Positions 59,682 through 64,000 of a stretch of 64,000 nt of DNA are shown here, piece after piece. The number at the start of each line of letters is the position of its first letter. The stretch's first letter is position 1. The DNA is taken from positions 1,088,001 to 1,152,000 of the forward strand of contig OZ245015.1 in NCBI GenBank assembly GCA_965223705.1. Direction: 5' to 3'. A program made the translations under genes and the position numbers. This DNA comes from Myxococcota bacterium (lineage in GTDB: Bacteria > Myxococcota_A > UBA9160 > UBA6930). The notes beneath the pieces were generated by a model, which was not told the DNA's origin, did no database searches, and was given only the letters and a program-made list of their open reading frames with translations.

Positions 59682-60503
59682 GTGACGCTAGGACTCATCG
59701 CCGGCCAGGGACGCTTTCCGATCGAGGCCGCGCAATCCGCCAGGCGCAACGGGAAGTCCGTCGTCGCCGTGGCCTTCCACGACCTCTTCGATCCCGATCT
59801 CGAGAAAGAGGTCGACGACTTTCATCTCATTTACTTGGGAGAGCTCGGGAAGCTGCTCGGTATTCTCCACGAGGGCGGTTGCGAGAGTGTCTTGCTCGCC
59901 GGGAAAATTCCGAAGACCGTGTTGTTTCAAAACCTGGCCTCCCTGAAGCTCGACGCCCGGGCGCTCGCGTTGGCGGCACAGCTCAAGGACCAACTCGACG
60001 ACTCCGTGTTGGGCCTTTTCGCCGGTGCGCTCGCGGAAGAGGGGTTCTCCGTGCTCGAACAAGCGGATGCGTGTCCGGAGCTGATCGCGGAGCCCGGCAC
60101 GATCGGCAGCCACACGCCGGACGACGAGCAACGTGCGGACATCGCCTTCGCTTGGCCGATTGCGAAAGCGCTCGGCGGACTCGACGTCGGCCAGACCGTC
60201 GTGGTCCACAAGAAAGCCGTGCTCGCTCTCGAAGCGATCGAGGGCACCGACGAAGCGATCCGCCGAGGTGGCGCGCTGGGCGGTCGGGGCGCATGTGTCG
60301 TAAAAGTCGCGAAGCCGTCCCAGGATCCGCGGTTCGATGTTCCCGCGGTCGGCCCCCAAACGCTGCAGGTCGCGCAGGAGGCGGGCATTTCCGTCATCGC
60401 GGTCGAGGCCGGCAAGACCCTCCTCCTCGATCGTGAAGCGCTGATCGCCGAAGCCGATCGAAGCGGCATTGCGATGGTCGGCGTGCACGAGGGCGAGGTC
60501 TAG
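59682..60503 (+). CDS. lpxI: UDP-2,3-diacylglucosamine diphosphatase LpxI
   Basis: LGLIAGQGRFP, DVGQTVVV, EAIEGTD, KPSQDPRFDVPAVG. Confidence 0.92.
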   Translation: MTLGLIAGQGRFPIEAAQSARRNGKSVVAVAFHDLFDPDLEKEVDDFHLIYLGELGKLLGILHEGGCESVLLAGKIPKTVLFQNLASLKLDARALALAAQLKDQLDDSVLGLFAGALAEEGFSVLEQADACPELIAEPGTIGSHTPDDEQRADIAFAWPIAKALGGLDVGQTVVVHKKAVLALEAIEGTDEAIRRGGALGGRGACVVKVAKPSQDPRFDVPAVGPQTLQVAQEAGISVIAVEAGKTLLLDREALIAEADRSGIAMVGVHEGEV

Positions 60504-60506
60504 GCT

Positions 60507-61463
60507 TTGGACCCGCTGCGCATCACCGTGATCGGCGCGGGGCACATGGGTTCGTTTCACGCCCAGAAGATCATGGAGCTCGCGCAGGAAAAAGCGCTGC
60601 GCCTGGTGGGAATCGCCGACCCCGAAACCGATCGCGCCGAGGCGCTCGCCGCTGAATGCGGGTGCCCCCACGGTCCGGATTTTCGCGCTTTCCTCGGCGA
60701 CGCCGACGCGGCGATCGTCGCCGTTCCGACGCTCGCTCACTTCGAAACGGTCGAGGTGTGCCTCGCGGAAGGCCTCGACGTTCTCGTCGAAAAGCCTATC
60801 GCGGCCACTCTCGCCGAGGGCGAGAAGCTCCTTGCGCTGGCCAAGGAGCGCGGTCGTCTGTTGCAGGTCGGACATCTCGAATGGTTCAACGCCGCGATGC
60901 AGCGCGTCGCGGAACGGATTACGCGACCCCGTTTCGTCGAATGCCACCGATTGGGTCCATTCACGGCTCGGGCGACGGATGTCGACATCGTGCGCGACCT
61001 GATGATCCACGACATCGATATCATTCAGCGGCTGGTCGGTGAAGAGCCCGAACGGATCGAATCGATCGGCGTTCCGCTGCTCACCGAGCAAATCGACTTG
61101 GCGAACGCTCGACTGAACTTTCCCGGCGGCTGTATCGGCAACTTCACTGCCAGCCGAGTCTCCCCGACTCCGATGCGCAAGATCCGCTTCTTTCAACGCG
61201 ACGGGTACTTCTCGATCGATTTCCTCGAACAATCGGTGGTCATCGCCCGGCGGATCCACGATGAGGGCACCGACGAGAAACGCATCGACGTCGAGACGCT
61301 CGACATCGACCGAGGTGACGCGCTCCGCGGCCAGCTCGCCGCGTTTGTCGACGGCGTGCGCACGAGAAAGCTCGCCGCTGGTTCGGGAGAGGACGCGCTC
61401 GCCGCGCTCCGAACGGCCCTGCGTGTCATCGATGCGATGCCGAGTGTCGAAGAGCTCGCATGA
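60507..61463 (+). CDS. Gfo/Idh/MocA oxidoreductase (GnnA-like)
   Basis: GAGHMG, VEKPI, QVGHLEWFN, DLMIHDID; located between lpxI and lpxB. Confidence 0.85.
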   Translation: MDPLRITVIGAGHMGSFHAQKIMELAQEKALRLVGIADPETDRAEALAAECGCPHGPDFRAFLGDADAAIVAVPTLAHFETVEVCLAEGLDVLVEKPIAATLAEGEKLLALAKERGRLLQVGHLEWFNAAMQRVAERITRPRFVECHRLGPFTARATDVDIVRDLMIHDIDIIQRLVGEEPERIESIGVPLLTEQIDLANARLNFPGGCIGNFTASRVSPTPMRKIRFFQRDGYFSIDFLEQSVVIARRIHDEGTDEKRIDVETLDIDRGDALRGQLAAFVDGVRTRKLAAGSGEDALAALRTALRVIDAMPSVEELA

Positions 61464-62638
61464 AGACCGTCCTGGTCTCTGCGGGCGATGCCTCGGGAGA
61501 AGCACACGCTGCGAGGCTCGTAGACGCGCTGCGATCGGAAATACCGGACGTCGCACTTCGCGGAATCGGCGGCGGCGAGATGCAGCAGGCCGGTGTCGAA
61601 CTCATCGCGCATCAGCGCGAGCTCGCCATCGGCGGCCTGGTCGAAGTCGCGCGCGATCTGCGTCGCGTCCTCGGTACGTACGGACGCATGCGTCGCGCTG
61701 TACGAGACCCGTCGGTCGACTTGTTGATCCTCGTCGATTCACCGGATTTCAACTTGCCGCTCGCCGGCGTTGCCAAGCGCGCCGGCGTCCCTGTGCTCTA
61801 CTACATCAGCCCGCAGATCTGGGCGTGGCGCGCCTACCGAATTCGAAAGATCGCCCGCTGCGTCGACCGCATGTGCGTGATCTTTCCCTTCGAGAAAGCC
61901 TACTACCGCGAGCGCGGAGTCGACGTCGAGTACGTCGGCCACCCGCTGGTCGACCGCTTTGCCGACGACCTTCGCGACCGGGACAGAACCGATCGGGCGC
62001 GCCGGGAGACGCGGGCTGAGCTCGGCGCGTCCGAGGGTGACCCCCTGGTGGTGCTCCTCCCCGGAAGCCGTCGCAATGAGATCGCCCAGCACTTGGACAT
62101 CTACCTAGAGACCGCTCGGCTGTTGGCGCGGAAGCGACCGAGTGCGCGCTTCGTGTTGGGTGTCGCCCCGTCCCTCGAGGGCGACGCGATCGCCGACGCT
62201 ATCCGGGTCGCGGAAGGGCAGGGCGGACCGAAGATCGAGGTTCTGCGAGGACGCACGATCGACCTCGCGCGGGCCGCCGACGTGGCTCTCTGCAAACCGG
62301 GAACCGTGACCCTCGAGCTCGCGCTTCTCGGCACGCCCACGATCGTCGCGGGTCGCATCCATCCCTTCTCTGCGCTGCTCCTTCGCTACGGAACCGACAT
62401 TTCGGATTTCGCGTTGCCGAACATCGTCGCCTGCGAATCGGTGATTCCCGAGTTCTTGCAGGAGGACATGCGTCCGGACCGCATCGCAATGGCTCTCGAC
62501 GCATTCCTCGACGGCCCGCTTGCTGAACGCCAGAAAAAGCAACTCGCCGCGGTCGTCCGCCAGTTGGGAGAAGGTGGGGGGATCGCGCGCGCCGCGGCCG
62601 TCGCCGCAGAAATGGTCCATGGGCCCGCTCGGGCATAG
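61460..62638 (+). CDS. lpxB: Lipid-A-disaccharide synthase
   Basis: AGDASG, DSPDFN, SPQIWAWR, IFPFE, VGHP, LLPGSR. Confidence 0.94.
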   Translation: MKTVLVSAGDASGEAHAARLVDALRSEIPDVALRGIGGGEMQQAGVELIAHQRELAIGGLVEVARDLRRVLGTYGRMRRAVRDPSVDLLILVDSPDFNLPLAGVAKRAGVPVLYYISPQIWAWRAYRIRKIARCVDRMCVIFPFEKAYYRERGVDVEYVGHPLVDRFADDLRDRDRTDRARRETRAELGASEGDPLVVLLPGSRRNEIAQHLDIYLETARLLARKRPSARFVLGVAPSLEGDAIADAIRVAEGQGGPKIEVLRGRTIDLARAADVALCKPGTVTLELALLGTPTIVAGRIHPFSALLLRYGTDISDFALPNIVACESVIPEFLQEDMRPDRIAMALDAFLDGPLAERQKKQLAAVVRQLGEGGGIARAAAVAAEMVHGPARA

Positions 62639-63866
62639 CCTTGCCGCACTTGCGGGTCTGTGCGCTCTTCCGGTGGCGGCGGGCGCATGGTTGACCTCGT
62701 CGCGATGGCGCGAGGGATTCGGCGAACGCTTGGGTGCCCGCCGAGAAGTGCCCCGAGATGCGATCTGGATCCACGCGGCGAGTGTCGGCGAGATTCGCGC
62801 AGCGCTTCCGCTGGTCGATGCGCTCCGCAACCGAAACGTTCCCGTCACGACATCGACGATGACGGTCACGGGCCGGGACCTCGCACGCAGGGAGCGTCCG
62901 GACGTCGCCTGCTACCTGGCTCCCATCGATCACCCGTGGATCATCGCGCGGGCGCTTCGAGCGACACGTCCGCGGGCTTTGGTGTTCGTCGAGACGGAAC
63001 TGTGGCCGTGTTGGATCCGCGGCGCGTCGGAGCGCGGCATTCCAGTGCTGTCCGTTTCCGCGCGCCTCTCCTCCCGAAGTGCCGGGCGCTACAAGGTGGT
63101 CGGCCCCTGGGTCGGTTCTTTGCTGCGACGCTTCACGGCCATCGGGACGCGTAGCGCCGACGATGCGGAACGTTTCGCGTCACTTGGCGCGTCACCCGAC
63201 CGGGTGACGGTGACCGGCGATCTGAAGGAAGCCGCGGGAGCGAGCCCGCAACCACTCGACGACGCGCTGCTCTCGGTCCTGGGGGAGGTCCCGCTCGTCG
63301 TCGCCGGAAGCACCCACGAAGGGGAGGAACGCGCCGCGCTCGAAGCGTTCTCAGCACAGCAGTCCCGCGCGGCGCTGCTCCTCGCGCCGCGACACGTCGA
63401 GCGCTTTAGCGCGGTCGTCGATCTCGTCCGGGATCGGGGATTCCCCGTCCGCCGACGGAGCGCGCTCGCGCAGGGGGCCCCGCCGCTACGCGAAGGCGAA
63501 GTCCTCGTCCTCGATAGCCTGGGGGAGCTCGCGGCGGTTTATTCCCACGCGGCCGCGGTGTTTCTCGGCGGGTCGCTGGTGCCGCGCGGCGGACACAATC
63601 CGTGGGAGGTCGCCCGGGCCGGGGCGCCGATCGTCGTCGGCCCTCACACCGAAAACATCCGCGCCATGCTCGAGCCGCTTCGTTCCGCCGGTGCGGCGAC
63701 GGAAGTGGCCGATGCGGCGGCGCTCGGTCGAGAGCTCGAGCTTCTTCTCGGCAATCTCGAAGACGCGCGCTCGCGCGGCGAACGGGGACGCCGTGAAGCT
63801 CAGCGGCGATCGGGAGACGTCGCCGAAGCCACCGCTTCTTGGGTGATGGCGGAGCTCGCTCGGTGA
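62619..63866 (+). CDS. waaA: Kdo transferase
   Basis: WIHAASVGE, ETELWP, AGSTHEGEE, APRH, GGHNPWE. Confidence 0.93.
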   Translation: MGPLGHSLAALAGLCALPVAAGAWLTSSRWREGFGERLGARREVPRDAIWIHAASVGEIRAALPLVDALRNRNVPVTTSTMTVTGRDLARRERPDVACYLAPIDHPWIIARALRATRPRALVFVETELWPCWIRGASERGIPVLSVSARLSSRSAGRYKVVGPWVGSLLRRFTAIGTRSADDAERFASLGASPDRVTVTGDLKEAAGASPQPLDDALLSVLGEVPLVVAGSTHEGEERAALEAFSAQQSRAALLLAPRHVERFSAVVDLVRDRGFPVRRRSALAQGAPPLREGEVLVLDSLGELAAVYSHAAAVFLGGSLVPRGGHNPWEVARAGAPIVVGPHTENIRAMLEPLRSAGAATEVADAAALGRELELLLGNLEDARSRGERGRREAQRRSGDVAEATASWVMAELAR

Positions 63867-64000
63867 GCGCATCGCGGCTTTCCGCGCGTTGGTGGATTCC
63901 GCCCGACGAAGCGACACCGGGCAGTGTTCTCGAGCGCTTGCGCGACGCGCTCCTTCATATCGCATCGATTCCCTACGGATGGGGTGCGCACCTTCACCGC
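63863..64000 (+). CDS. lpxK: Probable tetraacyldisaccharide 4'-kinase, N-terminal fragment truncated by the window edge
   Basis: GTGA overlap with waaA; open frame ...LLHIASIPYGWGAHLHR resembles LpxK N-termini; synteny. Confidence 0.6.
   Translation, partial: MSASRLSARWWIPPDEATPGSVLERLRDALLHIASIPYGWGAHLHR

Overview
GC-rich bacterial chromosomal window, almost entirely on the + strand. Gene order and families (tgl-like pilotin, pilA-pilG/H/I-pilD, DUF4388 and MJ0042 zinc-ribbon proteins, BamA with an extra N-terminal domain) point to Myxococcota / former Deltaproteobacteria; this placement is inferred. Content is mostly housekeeping: argG, aspS, mdh-sucCD, recO-glyQS-ppdK, yceD-rpmF-fabD-acpP-fabF, rpiB-glyA, nrdR-ribD-ribH-nusB, lptE-holA, rpsT, phoH-ybeY-lnt-prfB-lysS-lolC/E-lolD, and bamA-skp-lpxA-lpxI-(Gfo/Idh/MocA)-lpxB-waaA-lpxK. 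An accessory-looking block (20.5-31.3 kb) holds two paralogous ECF sigma factors, a small ORF, a kinase, a DEDDh exonuclease, tRNA-Glu(CTC), a sigma54-driven two-pilin type IV locus with acyl- and methyltransferase genes, and tRNA-Gln(CTG). No CRISPR array, transposase or integrase was seen. Main observations: (1) five unrelated hairpin-containing tandem repeats with a 30-36 bp period, three of them spanning a stop codon; (2) tiny ORFs that bridge gene junctions through (A/G)TGA overlaps; (3) the prfB +1 programmed frameshift; (4) a frameshifted ribD; (5) an RpiB-SHMT fusion; (6) extended BamA and LolC/E; (7) several usual members missing from conserved operons. All calls come from reading the sequence; no searches were run.
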